Source of the DNA: Eledone cirrhosa
Taxonomy: Eukaryota
Length of the DNA stretch: 64,000 nucleotides
Direction: 5' to 3'
Assembly (NCBI GenBank): GCA_964016885.1
Contig: OZ024754.1
Location: forward strand, 22,010,001-22,074,000
Below are positions 1 through 12,872 of this stretch, one piece after another (within the stretch, counting starts at the first letter, position 1; each line of letters starts with the position of its first letter). A model generated the notes under the pieces. That model had not been told where the DNA came from and ran no database searches. It worked only from the letters and a program-made list of their open reading frames with translations. Both the position numbers and the translations under genes were made by a program.

Positions 1-2876
1 TGTTTTTTTGTCGTGACACCTACACGATCTCATTTGTTTCGGCCTCGATGGCGCGGCACCAACATAACTTTACATAGAACGGGGTGGTGTGGATCGGGTG
101 GGGGTGGGGGTGGTGGGACGGGGTGTATTTTGTTAGAGATGCCTACTGGCTGGAGTAGGTTTTACTATATATTTAGGTAAGGCGGGTCTTCTCTGTTACT
201 GAGTACCGCCAAAGGTCTCGGTCCAGTGACATTGTCTTGGAGAGGTGTAAGTGTGTGATGTCGGAGTTTATCAGCTCGTCCCAGGTTTTTCTAGGTCTGC
301 CTATTCCGTGACTACCGTCTATCTTTATTGCCCTGCACTTTGTTATACAGCTATCGACTTTCATGCGCATCACGTGTCCATACCAACGTAGCCTTCTCTC
401 GAGTAAACAACATCTGATCCCTCTTATCTCTAATTTATTCCTTAGTTCGTTTATGCTTTGCCGTTCACGTATATTACTGTTACACATCCAGCGGAGCATG
501 CAAGCTTCGTTCCTCTCTAGTCTGCGTATATCCTCTGCACACAATGCCCAGGTCTCACTGCCATGCAGCATTGCTGTTCGTATGCAGGCATCGTACAACC
601 TGCCTTTCATTTTTAGTGAGAACCCTTTAGCAGCTAATAGTGGTATAAGCTCTCTGAACTTTTTCCAACCAGTTCTGACTCTAGCTACAGTACTTTCAGA
701 GCACCCTCCCCCACTGCTGATTTTATCGCCCAGGTAACGGAAGCTGTCCACTATTTCTATAGAACCCTCTGCGCAATTGAAAGAGCTAGTAGTTTGTGGG
801 CACTTGCTGCTACTTATTGCACCAGAGCACCGGCCACATGTAAAATCTATGTTCTTAGTTAGCTTACCTGTGATCCCACTACATCTTTTATGCACCCATA
901 CTTTGCATTTAGGACATAAAATGGAGTTTCTACCTACGCCTTTCCTACACACCGAGCACGACCATTTCCCCGAAGGGACCGCCGCCTTGTTTTCTTTCCT
1001 ACAAACTAGTACTTTGGTCTTAGCCAGGTTAATTTTAAGTCCTTTTGACTCTAGGCCGTGCTTCCATGTTTGGAATTTCTTCTCTAGCTCGGCCATTGAT
1101 TCCGCTATGAGTGTCAGGTCGTCTGCGTATAGGAGTTCCCATGGGCAGCCTGTCTTGAACTCCTCTGTTATAGCCTGAAGGGCAATAATAAATAGTAGTG
1201 GACTGAGAACAGAGCCCTGATGGACGCCGACTTTTACGCTAAACTCTTCACTATATTCGTTGTTAATTCTAACCTTGCTGACTGTTTCTTTATACATGGC
1301 TTGTATAGCCCTCACAAGCCATTCGTCAACGCCTAGTTTTCTAAGAGCCCACCAGATAATGGAGCGGGGGACTCTGTCGAAGGCTTTCTCCAAGTCGACA
1401 AAAGCTAAGTAGAGGGGTTTACCTTTAGCTAGGTACTTCTCCTGTAGTTGTCGTACTATGAAAAGAGCGTCTGTGGTACTTTTGCCTGACACAAACCCGA
1501 ACTGCATTTCATCTAGGTCAATTCTCTCTCTGATTAGTTGCGCTATTACTCTTTCCGTGACCTTCATGACCTGGTCGATTAATTTAATGCCTCTATAGTT
1601 ACTCCTATCTAGGGCGTCTCCTTTACCCTTATAACAGTTAACGATGATGCTGCTATGCCAGTCCTTCGGAACAACCCCGTTCTGTACGACTTGGTTAACT
1701 ATGCGGGTGACCATGGTGTGTCCCACCGTGCCAGATGCCTTCAGCATCTCAGCAACTATTTCCGAAGGCCCAGCCGCCTTACCAGTCTTCATATCCTTGA
1801 TTGCCTTACTTATTATACTCCCCTCGACTAACACTGCTGGTCCCTCTATTGGGTCGATATGGGGGAGACTGCCTTTCTCCCAATTATTCTCCTCATTTAG
1901 AAGCCTTTCATAGTGACACTTCCAAGCTACCTTCTTATCAGCGTCGGTGATGGCAAGTGTGCCATCGTCGTTTAGTACACACTTCTCCCCGACAATATCA
2001 CGGTTTTCCTTGACGCATTGCCTAGCAATCCTGAACACCTCACGTTTTTGGTCATCGCGTTGTAGAACATGCTTGAACTTTCTTTCCTCAGCTTCCCTTC
2101 TTGCTAAGTACACTTGTCTCCTAGCTTCCCTCCTGGCCACTTGATAGTCCTCTCTACTTCCCCCATCCCGCCATACTTTCCAAGCCTGCTTTTTGGCCTT
2201 AATTGACCCCTCCACCTTACTGTTCCACCACCATGTTACTCTCCTCCTGCCTACAGGCCTGCTCCAGCCACAGACCTCGTCTGTCGCCAACAGCAGGTTT
2301 GCTTTCAGAAATTCCCACTCTCCCTCTATATTGTCCGACTCTAAATGTTCTTCCTTACTGTCGAAAGCATCAAGTAATATGCTTTGAAATTTATTCCTGG
2401 CTGTGGGGTCCTTTAGCTTCCATATTTTCCTCCTGAGGATAGTCCTCTTCTGTTGTCGAGTACGTCTCGTCCTGACTATGAGGTCGCTAATTATCAGTCT
2501 ATGTTGGGAGGTGCATTCTTCATGGGGGAGGGATTTAGTGTTAACAACAGACACTCTGTCACGTCTTCTGGTAAGGATATAATCTACCTGGCTTGTGTGT
2601 TCCCCGGATCTATAGGTGATCAGGTGATTGTCACGTTTTTTGAAGTTAGTGTTACAGATAGTTAGGTTATTTGCATCACAGAATTCCAGGATTCTGGAGC
2701 CTTCCTCATTTCTAGTACCAAACCCATAGCCTCCATGGATTTCGTCGTAGCCGTCACAATGTTGTCCAACGTGACCATTTAGGTCGCCTGCGATAATTAT
2801 ATAGTCACTGTCGGATATTTGGGAGGTAGTTAGCATCAGTGTCTCATAGAATCTGTCTTTTATAGTGCCGGGCACT
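1..2876 (-). mobile_element. RTE-clade LINE, 5'-truncated (partial APE endonuclease + RT + PHD-like finger); 3' UTR runs off the window start
   Basis: ORF 173..~2876 has [20 protein letters not shown] (APE), [30 protein letters not shown] (RT) and [10 protein letters not shown]. It ends abruptly in (TA)n at 2877. Confidence 0.92.
173..2876 (-). CDS. Uninterrupted but 5'-truncated EN-RT polyprotein (~900 aa)
   Basis: No internal stops. The N-terminal ~175 aa of the listed 1075-aa ORF come from microsatellite and retrozyme sequence and are not part of the element. Confidence 0.85.
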
Positions 2877-2891
2877 ATATGTATGTATATG

Positions 2892-2948
<57 letters not shown>

Positions 2949-2975
2949 GTATATATATGTATATGTATATATATG

Positions 2976-3006
<31 letters not shown>

Positions 3007-3007
3007 G

Positions 3008-3038
<31 letters not shown>

Positions 3039-3051
3039 GTATATATATATG

Positions 3052-3121
<70 letters not shown>

Positions 3122-3171
3122 CATATATATATATACGTACATACATATATGTATACAGACGTACAGTAGCA

Positions 3172-3217
<46 letters not shown>

Positions 3218-3237
3218 CAGGTACACATACATATACG
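2877..3237. repeat. (TA)n/(TATG)n microsatellite containing an inverted fragment of family A
   Basis: Direct reading; ~3133-3237 is the reverse complement of ~3436-3535. Confidence 0.85.
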
Positions 3238-3265
3238 AACGTTCAACCATCTGGCAGAAGGGTAT

Positions 3266-3308
3266 ACGATGCTGATGATAGCTAACAAGCTTGAAACTAG
3301 TACATCGT
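3266..3308 (+). ncRNA. Type I hammerhead ribozyme (family A)
   Basis: ACGATG-CTGATGA-T AGCT AACA AGCT T-GAAA-CTAG-TA-CATCGT: stem I, core, stem II, palindromic mini stem III, GUA cleavage triplet. Confidence 0.85.
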
Positions 3309-3459
3309 TCCTGTGTCAGTGTTGAACAAAAAGGTGACGTGGTTGCCTTAACACCGTACGGCATAAATTCAGGCTGTTCAGTTTGTTTACAAACGAACAA
3401 AGCGGGCGCTATAATAAGCGTCCGCTAAACTGATACGTACATATATGTATGTGTACCTG

Positions 3460-3495
<36 letters not shown>

Positions 3496-3727
3496 TGCTA
3501 CTGTACGTCTGTATACATATATGTATGTACGTATACATACATACTTACATTTAAGTAAGTGCCGTACTAAGAGTGAGAAATGAAATTTCGTTTTCATTTT
3601 ATTACAACTTGTCGTTCTCGGTACGCCTGGCCGGACTCACTCGATATGCAAATTAGGCTGCTCAGCCGTTAATTTTCATAAGGAAAGTATATACTTTCGA
3701 ACGTTCAACCATCTGGCAGAAGGGTAT

Positions 3728-3770
3728 ACGATGCTGATGATAGCTAACAAGCTTGAAACTAGTACATCGT
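3728..3770 (+). ncRNA. Type I hammerhead ribozyme (family A, second tandem copy)
   Basis: Identical to 3266-3308, 462 nt downstream. Confidence 0.85.
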
Positions 3771-4053
3771 TCCTGTGTCAGTGTTGAACAAAAAGGTGAC
3801 GTGGTTGCCTTAACACCTTACGGCATAAATTCAGGCTGTTCTGTTTGTTTACAAACGAACAAAGCGGGCGCTATAATAAGCGTCCGCTAAACTGATACGT
3901 ACATATATGTATGTGTACCTGTATGTATATATATGCATGCTACTGTGCGTCTGTATACATATATGTATGTACGTATACATACATACTTACATTTAAGTAA
4001 GTGCCGTACTAAGAGTGAGAAATGAAATTTCGTTTTCATTTTATTACAACTTA

Positions 4054-4165
<112 letters not shown>

Positions 4166-4173
4166 CATATACA

Positions 4174-4227
<54 letters not shown>

Positions 4228-4250
4228 TATACATATATATATATATACAT

Positions 4251-4287
<37 letters not shown>

Positions 4288-4288
4288 C

Positions 4289-4351
<63 letters not shown>

Positions 4352-4354
<3 letters not shown>

Positions 4355-5810
4355 CTGACGTGTGTTTGGTTGTGATGATGTTATATGTTTATGTTTTGTA
4401 TTTGGTGTTATGGTACTTATTTGTGGGCCACTTGTATTATAAATTCTTTTATAGTTAATTTTATGTATGTGCGATTCAGTGGAGTATGATAGTTTGATAG
4501 TTTTTATATTAAAGATTTGATGGTTTTATGAATTTTAGGGAAGAGTTTGTCAACTAATTTGAAGAAAGTGTAAGGTAGTTTTGTTTTTATAGAGGAGTTA
4601 AACACTGGATTGAACCATAAGTACTTTCTATCTCTACATCTTTTATAGTTATGAGTGGTCTTTCTATTAGTATTCTGTTCAATTAATTCACGTGCTTGTA
4701 GCCAATTTTTATGTTTAGTCCTAGATTTGTTGTTTCTATAGGTGTGGATAGTGTTATTTCTATTAAGTGAGTTGTTATTTTTTGTATTTGGTATGTATTT
4801 GAGTCTCTCTTTATGGCCTGCCTTAAGTAAAGCTATGTTGTAGTAGTTAGCGTGTTCGTTAAAAATCTCTAGATTAGAAGATAGGCACGAGATTCTAAGG
4901 GATTACTATGTGCTATGGAGTTAATTATGGATCGAGGGTGATTAGAGTTTTAATTAATGTAAGCTAAATTTTCATTATTTTTATGGAAGGGTTCTATTAG
5001 TCCTGAGTTAAGGTTGAGCGATACATCTAAGAAATTAGCTTTTTTAGAATTTTCTAATCTTTTTCTGTAATCTTTCTAAGTTTTGATTATTTAGGTTTTC
5101 AGCTAAAAGTAATGTATCATCTCTATAAATTCCTCCTTGTAGGTTATCAAATTCCTTATGTAAAATGTGTGCTATATAAATTCTGACAATGTCCGTTACT
5201 TGAGCTGAATCATTTGATCCCATAGTTATATCGAAGTTATTTTGTCTATTTTTTTTCTTTCCCAGTAACTATTTTCAAATTTAATGATTGTTCTTATAGC
5301 AGCTAGTATTATTTTAATTTCCTCTGGTGATAGGTCAGAGTTTTTTTGTGCAAAGGATAGTGCCTTATTTAGGATTACTGGGGAAATAGAGTAGTAGTCA
5401 TTAATGCCAAATTGTATGAAGTCGGAAGATTCTCTATTGTCTAATTTATTAAACCAATCAATTGCTTCATTAGTGTTACCCCAGAGTTTGATTATTAGTT
5501 TTTCTTTAATTTGTGGTATTATTCTATCTAGTATAAACTTGCTAATTCTGCCTATATCTGATTTTGATGGACATATTAATCTAATAGTAGGGTTGGTTTC
5601 GAAATTACATTTATGATCCTTCAGATTAAAAGTGGGTTTACAAGGGGTTAGAGGTTCAGTTCGATCAGATATTTTAAGATATCTTACTATGTTAAGACCT
5701 TCCTTAGACTCTAGTTTTTTTTGTATTTTTTATGTAATTCCCGACGTATAAAGTTGTTGTATGTATTAAGGCTCATGGTGTATACGTTTGATGTTTTGTC
5801 TGTCTTTACT
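4352..5810 (-). pseudogene. Decayed PLE (Naiad-type) RT fragment
   Basis: Minus-strand translation gives FDITMGSNDSAQVTD (~5195-5237), GGIYRDDT (~5113-5136) and NFLDVSLNL (~5010-5036), with frameshifts and stops. Confidence 0.8.
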
Positions 5811-6184
5811 ATATATATATATATATGTATATACATATATATTTTTATATATATATACATATATGTATATATAAATTTATATATAGATATATAAATTCAT
5901 ATAGATACATATATATGTATATATACATATATATATGTATATATATATAGATATATAAATTCATATAGATACATATATATATATACACACATATATATAT
6001 GTATATATACATATATATATATACATATATACACATTTATATATGTATATATACATTTATATATGTATATATACATATATATGTGTATATATACATATAT
6101 ATGTGTATATATACATATATATATGTATATATACATATATATATATACACATATATGTATATATACATATAAGTATATACACAC

Positions 6185-7727
6185 ATCATCATCATCATCT
6201 TCGTTTAACATCCTTCTTCCACGTTAGCATGCGTTAGACGGGAGTTGTCCCACTTGAGGCAAGGTTGGTAGGGTGACCGTGTCTCGCTCAAATAGGACTA
6301 TCTGGCAAGTTTTCTATGGCAGGATACTCTTCCTAACACCAACCACATTTACAGTGTGGATTGGGAACTTTTTACCGTGTTACCTACACGGCCACATTAC
6401 AGCGTGGACTGTGTGTTTTTTGGTCGTGACACCTACACGATCTCAATCTCATTATCTCATTTATTTGGACTGGATGTTGTACCAACTTTACAGAGAGAGG
6501 GTGGTGTTGGTGGGAGTGGGAGGATAGGGTAGTGGATTGGGGTGTATATTTGGTTAAGAGGTGCCTACTGACTAGGTTTCACTTTGTACATAGGCAAGGC
6601 GGGTCTTCTGTATTACTGCATAGTGTCAAAGATCTTGGTCCAGAGACATTGTCTTAGAGAGGTGCAAGTGTGTAAGGTCGGAATTTATCAAATCGTCCCA
6701 GGTTTTTCTGGGTCTACCTACTCCGTAACTACCATCAATTTTGATCGCCCTGCACTTTTTTATACAGCTGTCGTCTTTCATGCGCATCACGTGATTATAC
6801 TTCTCTCAAGTAAACAGCATCTGATCCCTCTTATTCCTAATTTCTCATTTAGTTCATTTATGCTTTGCCATATATTACTATTACACATCCAATGGAGCAT
6901 GCATGCTTCGTTCCTTTCCAGTCTACGCATGTCCTCTGAACGCAATGCCCATGTCTCACTGCCATGTAGCATTGCTGTTCGTATACAAGCATCATACAAT
7001 CTGCCTTTCATTTTTAGAGAGAAACCTTTTGTGGCCAACAGCGTTATAAGCTCTCTGAACTTTTTCCATCCCGTTCTGACTCTAGCTATTGTACTTTCAG
7101 AACACCCTCCACCACTGCTGATTTTGTTACCCAGGTAATGGAAAGTGTCCACTATTTCTATAGAACCATCTGGGCAATAGAATGAGCTAGTATCCTGTGG
7201 GCACTTGCTACTTATTGCACCTGAGCATCGGCCACATATAAAGTCTACGTTCTTAGATAGTTTACCTGTGATCCCACTACATCTTTTATGTACCCATAGT
7301 TTGCATTTGGGACATAAAATGGAATTTCTACCTACTCCTTTCCTACACACTGAGCATGGCCATTTCCCAGAGGAGACAGTGCCCTATTTTCTTTTCTACA
7401 AACTAGAACAAGTTAACTTTAAGGCCTTTTGATTCTAGGCCATGCTTCCATGTTTGGAATTTCTTCTCTAGTTCAGCCATAGATTCAGCTATGAGAGTTA
7501 GATCATCTGTGTATAGGAGTTCCATGGGCAGCCGGTCTTAAACTCCTCTGTTATAGCCTGAAGGGCAATAATAAATAGGAGGGGGCTAAGAACAGAGCCT
7601 TGATGAACACCAACTTTTACACTAAATTCTTCACAATATTCATTGTTAATTCTAACCTTACTGACTGTTTCTTTATACTTAGCTTGTATAGCTCTCACAA
7701 GCCATTCATCAACACCTAGTTTTCTAA
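6185..7727 (-). mobile_element. RTE-clade LINE, 5'-truncated diverged copy with (ATG)n tail
   Basis: [19 protein letters not shown] and PHD-like motifs with frameshifts; (CAT)n at 6185-6198 on the plus strand. Confidence 0.9.
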
Positions 7728-7741
7728 ATATATATATATAT

Positions 7742-9690
7742 AAAACAACTCCCCGACAGCCCACAGCACGCTCAACCCACCCACATAGGAATAGACGAAG
7801 AAAAATCACGTGGTACAACCCACCCTACTCAACAACCCTAAAAAACAGCCTGGCCCATTCATTCTTTAGAGCACTAAATAAATGCTTCCCAAGGGACCAT
7901 AGATACTACAAGATCTTCAACAGACACTCTGTGAAGCTCTCGTATTCTACCACCCGAAATGTAGCCCAGCACATAGCTAGCATCAATAGGGGTAGACTTA
8001 AAAACTACACAACCAGAAGCTGGCAATATAAGCACCCAGCAGAGCCATGTGGAGGGAAGGAAAGGTGGACCCAGTTCCCACCCTGGGAACCCAAACAGAC
8101 CCAGGGAGCCCCCACCGGGCCCGGGAGAGGAACACCCTATAATACGCAACGGGAACCCCACATTAGGCACTCGGGGGTCGACCACCTCCTGCAACTGCAG
8201 AACCCCCACATTATGCCCCCTTAGTAATGAATGCCTAAGGAAGAACTTAATATACGGATGTAGAGTAAAAACCCCCAACTCTGAACACCTTTACATAGGA
8301 GCCACATCAACGAGCTTCAAAGACCAATGGTATAACCATCGCCATTCCTTTAATAGGGAGGACAAAAGGAAAAGTATGGCTCTTTCCAAACTGATCTGGA
8401 AGCTCAAGCTGGACAGGACCCCATAATCTCTGGCCTGATTCAAGATCAGGAAAGTACCACCTGATAGAGGGGGATCTGGCATCTGCAAACTATGTCTGAG
8501 CGAGACCCTCGAGATACTCAGCGGTGGAAGCAGTCTAATAAGCCTCAGGACTGACTTCGGTACATGTAGACACCTCAGGGCCGGGACCTTCCTCAAGCTA
8601 TACGGACATTAACAACACATTGGGATGAGAACTTCCCTCAAGCTATAGGGACACCGAGCCCAAGGTAAACCACCCCCTACACCCTCACCACCCCTACTCC
8701 TGCCTCGATCGACACCTATGGCAACACATACTTATACATATGTCCATACATAGATACTGTTGTTTAAAATTATACATGCATAGATACTTGCATGTATGTG
8801 TGTGTGAGTATATATATATGTGTGTGTGTGTGTGTGTATATACATATGGGATGCACCTGAGCCTGTGTTTGTGCGTGTGTGCTTGTAACGATGTGCGTTG
8901 ACATACACGCATATGTACTTTATGCCGAAATAGGAACTGTAGTCCTTTGCATTTCCGGATTTTGACACGGGTTTTGGTGTTTTACACTCCACTTTTATCT
9001 CATTTGCTCTTAAAACGCACCACTCGATGATAGTGTAAGGATTGTAATTCTTTACACTTCTTGATTCTGACACACAGGTTTTCTACTTCAGTCAATATTT
9101 TCCAAATCTTTCAAATTTTGATATTGGTTATAGCACACACGCATTTTATTTTTTTGATTTGTTTGGCACCCCCACCATGTGAAATGGTGGCAGGATAGAT
9201 GCCAACCCCCACACACAAATTCTTCTGAACATAGTAGCAGCAAACCAAAGCTGACCTGCCAGCTGACCCCTTAACACCACTACCACTACCAACACAATGG
9301 ATGAGGTCAGCTGTACTTAAACAAAAACAACAACAACAGATTGTCTTGCCTCAGAAAAATTTCTGTAGACTTTTGACTGAGGAATGTTTTCACAACTGAC
9401 CAATGGGATGAGAGAGTGTCCTATGACACTGAAATTCGTTTGTTCTAAATCATATGATTCCAGTTCCTCAGAGAAATAACAAGCAACCAGGAGCTGGACA
9501 TATCAATGAACAGTGACTAAAAACACTTCAAAAACACACTTCAACAACATGTGTACCTGTCTCTACCACACCAATTTGGACTGCCTGAAGAGGACACAGC
9601 CAATGATGGCTGTCACCGAAATATATATAGCAGTATATCTATAATTTATAATAAACGAAGCCAAATTTTACCTATTTGACTTAATTATTT
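7742..9690 (+). mobile_element. PLE (Naiad-type) 3' fragment: linker + GIY-YIG endonuclease + long 3' UTR ending in an HHR
   Basis: WYNPPYS, KLSYST, CNCR..CPL..CL, LIYGC..LYIGAT, CKLCLSE; stops and a frameshift present. Confidence 0.88.
9580..9634 (+). ncRNA. Type I hammerhead ribozyme in PLE 3' UTR
   Basis: ACTGC-CTGAAGA-GG..ACAGCCA/TGGCTGT..CC-GAAA-TATATA-TA-GCAGT. Confidence 0.85.
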
Positions 9691-9778
<88 letters not shown>

Positions 9779-9781
9779 TAT

Positions 9782-11935
9782 ATTCAATGATATTAAATAA
9801 ATGGAAACTATATTTATAAAACCATATTTATTTTATATATATTTCAAGGGCAACCAAGACAACATTGGTACGCTTTCATCAGATAAAATACAAAGTTTGT
9901 TTTATAAATAGAGACATAACCATGAAAATCATACCTTATCAGTTGGAAATTCACTGGATAGTGGAAATATATTATGGATTATTCAAACTTATGTGTGAAT
10001 ATGTAAATAATTGAAAAACAACCGTTTATTTAAATGACACTGGAGAAAGAGAGAGAAAAAATAAATTATATTACGAGAGAGATAGAGAGAAGAAATTAAC
10101 AAGAGGATGAATAGAACTCATGTAATGTTAATATGGGGGGAATATATTTTAAGTATAAATCTACTAATGGTACATGTATTTACGATTAATTAGTTGTTAA
10201 CATTTTTTTTCTAATATATTTACTGTTATAAGTAGATAGAAAAATAAATATAAATAGATATAAAATAGATGGAAAAATCAATAAATAGATAAATAAATGG
10301 ATATATGGGTATATCGTGCTATAGATAATTGTTTTAATGAGTTATGAGGGATATTGGTTTATACTTAATGTAAGTAATATTGAGTTAAATTACATTAACT
10401 GAGTTAATTCTCTTTCAAACCTGATATGGGACTTAAAATGCAAAAAATATGGACTATTCTTTAACTTGGGAAATAATTTCGAAAGCACTGGCGTATCGAA
10501 ACACAGCTTTATTTAGATTTTGCAAATTGTGTGTTGAGGAAATTTTCTTCATACTTAAATGTAAAAACTCTATTAATGTAAGGACGAATTTATTTAGTTC
10601 TTGTAGACATCGCCTAAATTCAACATTTAGAACTATATATAAATTATAATTACACTTATAATATTTCTACTTATTTCCATAACAATCTTATCCACTCTGT
10701 TTTAATATATTGATATCTCTAAATCATATCTATAATATTTGCTATAATTTCACTTCTTAAAATTTCTTAAAATATATGATCCTAATTTTTAATTTTTTAA
10801 TTTTAATCTTTAATTTTAATTTTAATATTTTTTAATTCTTGATTTTTTATTTATTTATTTCTTAAATTTTTCATATATTTTTAAAAATTACTTTTTGTTT
10901 TTTAAATTACTTATTTTTTTAAAATTTGCTTATCTCTTAAATTATTTTTTTTAAAGATTTTCCCGAATATTTAATATTTTTTAATAAAATTTTTTAATAT
11001 ATTTTATTAGATTTATAACCACTAACTAATTCAGGCTAAATATATCTTTCAACATGTATATCTTTAATATTTATACTTATTTTGACAAAATAGTCTCATA
11101 CTAACGAATAAATAAACAAAACGAGTTTTTTCCGTATCTTCCCATTTTATAAATATAAATATTCTTATTAACTCAGTTAACTTAATTTAATTTAACTCAA
11201 TATTATTTACTTACATTAAGTATAAACCAATATCCCTCATAACTCATTAAAACAATTATCTATAACACGATATACCCATATATCCATTTATTTATCTATT
11301 TATTGATTTATTTTTCTATTTATTTTTCTATCTATCTATTTTCTATCTATTTATTTTTCTATATATATTTATTTTTCTATCTACTTATAACAGTAAATAT
11401 TATATTAGAAAAAAATGTTAACAAATTAATCGTAAATACACGTACCATTAGTAGATTTATACTTAAAATATATTCCCCCATATTAACATTACATGAGTTC
11501 TATTTATCCTCTTGTTAATTTCTTCTCTCTATCTCTCTCGTAATATTTTTTATTTTTTCTCTCTCTCTTTCTCCAGTGTCATTTAAATAAACGGTTGTTT
11601 TTCAATTATTTACATATTCATTTGCATATTCACACATAAGTTTGAATAATCCATAATATATTTACACTATCCAGTGAATTTCCAACCGATAAGGTACGAT
11701 TTCCATGGTTATGTCTCTATTTATAAAACAAACTTTGTATTTTATCTGATGAAAGCGTACCAATGTTGTCTTGGTTGCCCTTGAAATATAATCAAATAAA
11801 TATAGTTTTATAAATATAGTTTCCATTTATTTAATATCATTGAATATTTACTCCACTTTCTGTTGAGTGCTCTAAATCAGTTATAAACATTTATGTTTGT
11901 CGGACTTCCAACAAATTAAATAAAACTTCTACTTA
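9782..11935 (+). mobile_element. PLE 3' fragment with inverted pseudo-LTR (9782-10407 is the reverse complement of ~11168-11847)
   Basis: GIY-YIG C-terminus DYSLTWEII..FCKLCVEE..SSCRH (10449-10649); ~630-bp inverted duplication; partly degenerate HHRs at ~9828-9888(-) and ~11740-11800(+). Confidence 0.85.
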
Positions 11936-12089
11936 TATATGTATATATTTAAAGGTTAAACAAGGTTCAATGAATAAATCAAAGAATGAGTTTTACAATA
12001 GATTGGAAGCACTCCACAGCAATGGTTTTCCGGGGTTATTAATATTAATTCAAAATATTAACAAAAATAGACATTCGTGTGATCAAGTA

Positions 12090-12156
12090 TATTTTATTAT
12101 ACATATTTCAGAGGTACTGAGCTATCTTCAACAGTACGTCCTCATCAGATAAAATA
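12090..12156 (-). ncRNA. Type I hammerhead ribozyme (pLTR)
   Basis: Reverse complement of 15910-15976. Confidence 0.85.
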
Positions 12157-12872
12157 AGATGATGCATGACATACCCTGACTTAGTAGATGGTTAAGATTC
12201 AGTCATAGCAGTGAATAAGATATGACAAAACTCAATATTTATATACCTTAAGATTGAGACATGAAAAAATTACATATAATACAGAGGGTGCGTGTGAGAA
12301 AGCTTATAAAAATACATAATAGCAATTTACATAACTGTTAGAGATTCAAATAATTTAAATTATTGAAGAAAGAAGAAAGACAGAGAGAGAAACAGATGGG
12401 GAAAAAGATAGTTACTAGAAGTATAGAAATATCTTGTGCACGAAAGCAAAAGAGAATTGATTAAGGATAGAGAGACAAGGAAGAATAATTTTTATAGTAT
12501 AAAGCATAGGGAAGGAGATTTGTATTGTGGATAAATAGCGTATAATTAGATGATGCAAAAATATATATATATATAAATAAATACATAAACATACATTTGG
12601 GCATAGCTTTGTGAAAGAATAATTTCGAATCGTTGAATTATCTAGAAATAATCAATCAATCTAAATATCAAATATATCTGGGTGTAGTTATATGAGGGTT
12701 TAATTTCGAGTCCTTAGTTAATTAGAAATATACTAACAATTAATTATATACACTATATATATCCAAATGTATCCGGCTGACCGTTAAATTTCGAATCATT
12801 TATGTTAGTTCAAAATAGTGAATTAATCTAAAGGTATAATATTTCGGGCTATAAAAATTTATAATTATTTAT

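Larger units (their letters stand above)
3133..4051 (+). mobile_element. Family A non-coding HHR-containing partial tandem (retrozyme-like), 462-bp period, with inverted 5' segment
   Basis: 3238-3610 is repeated at 3700-4051 and each copy carries an HHR. No credible ORF. Flanked by (TA)n. Confidence 0.85.

Noticed and set aside
363-2665. Antisense ORFs over RTE, L1, CR1 and PLE coding regions
   Set aside because: These are shadow ORFs of the real opposite-strand frames.
8420-8445. In-frame TGA in a Naiad-type PLE as possible selenocysteine
   Set aside because: The TGA aligns with a conserved Trp, not Cys, and sits beside a TAA. The Cys motifs in this fragment use normal codons, so decay is the simpler explanation.
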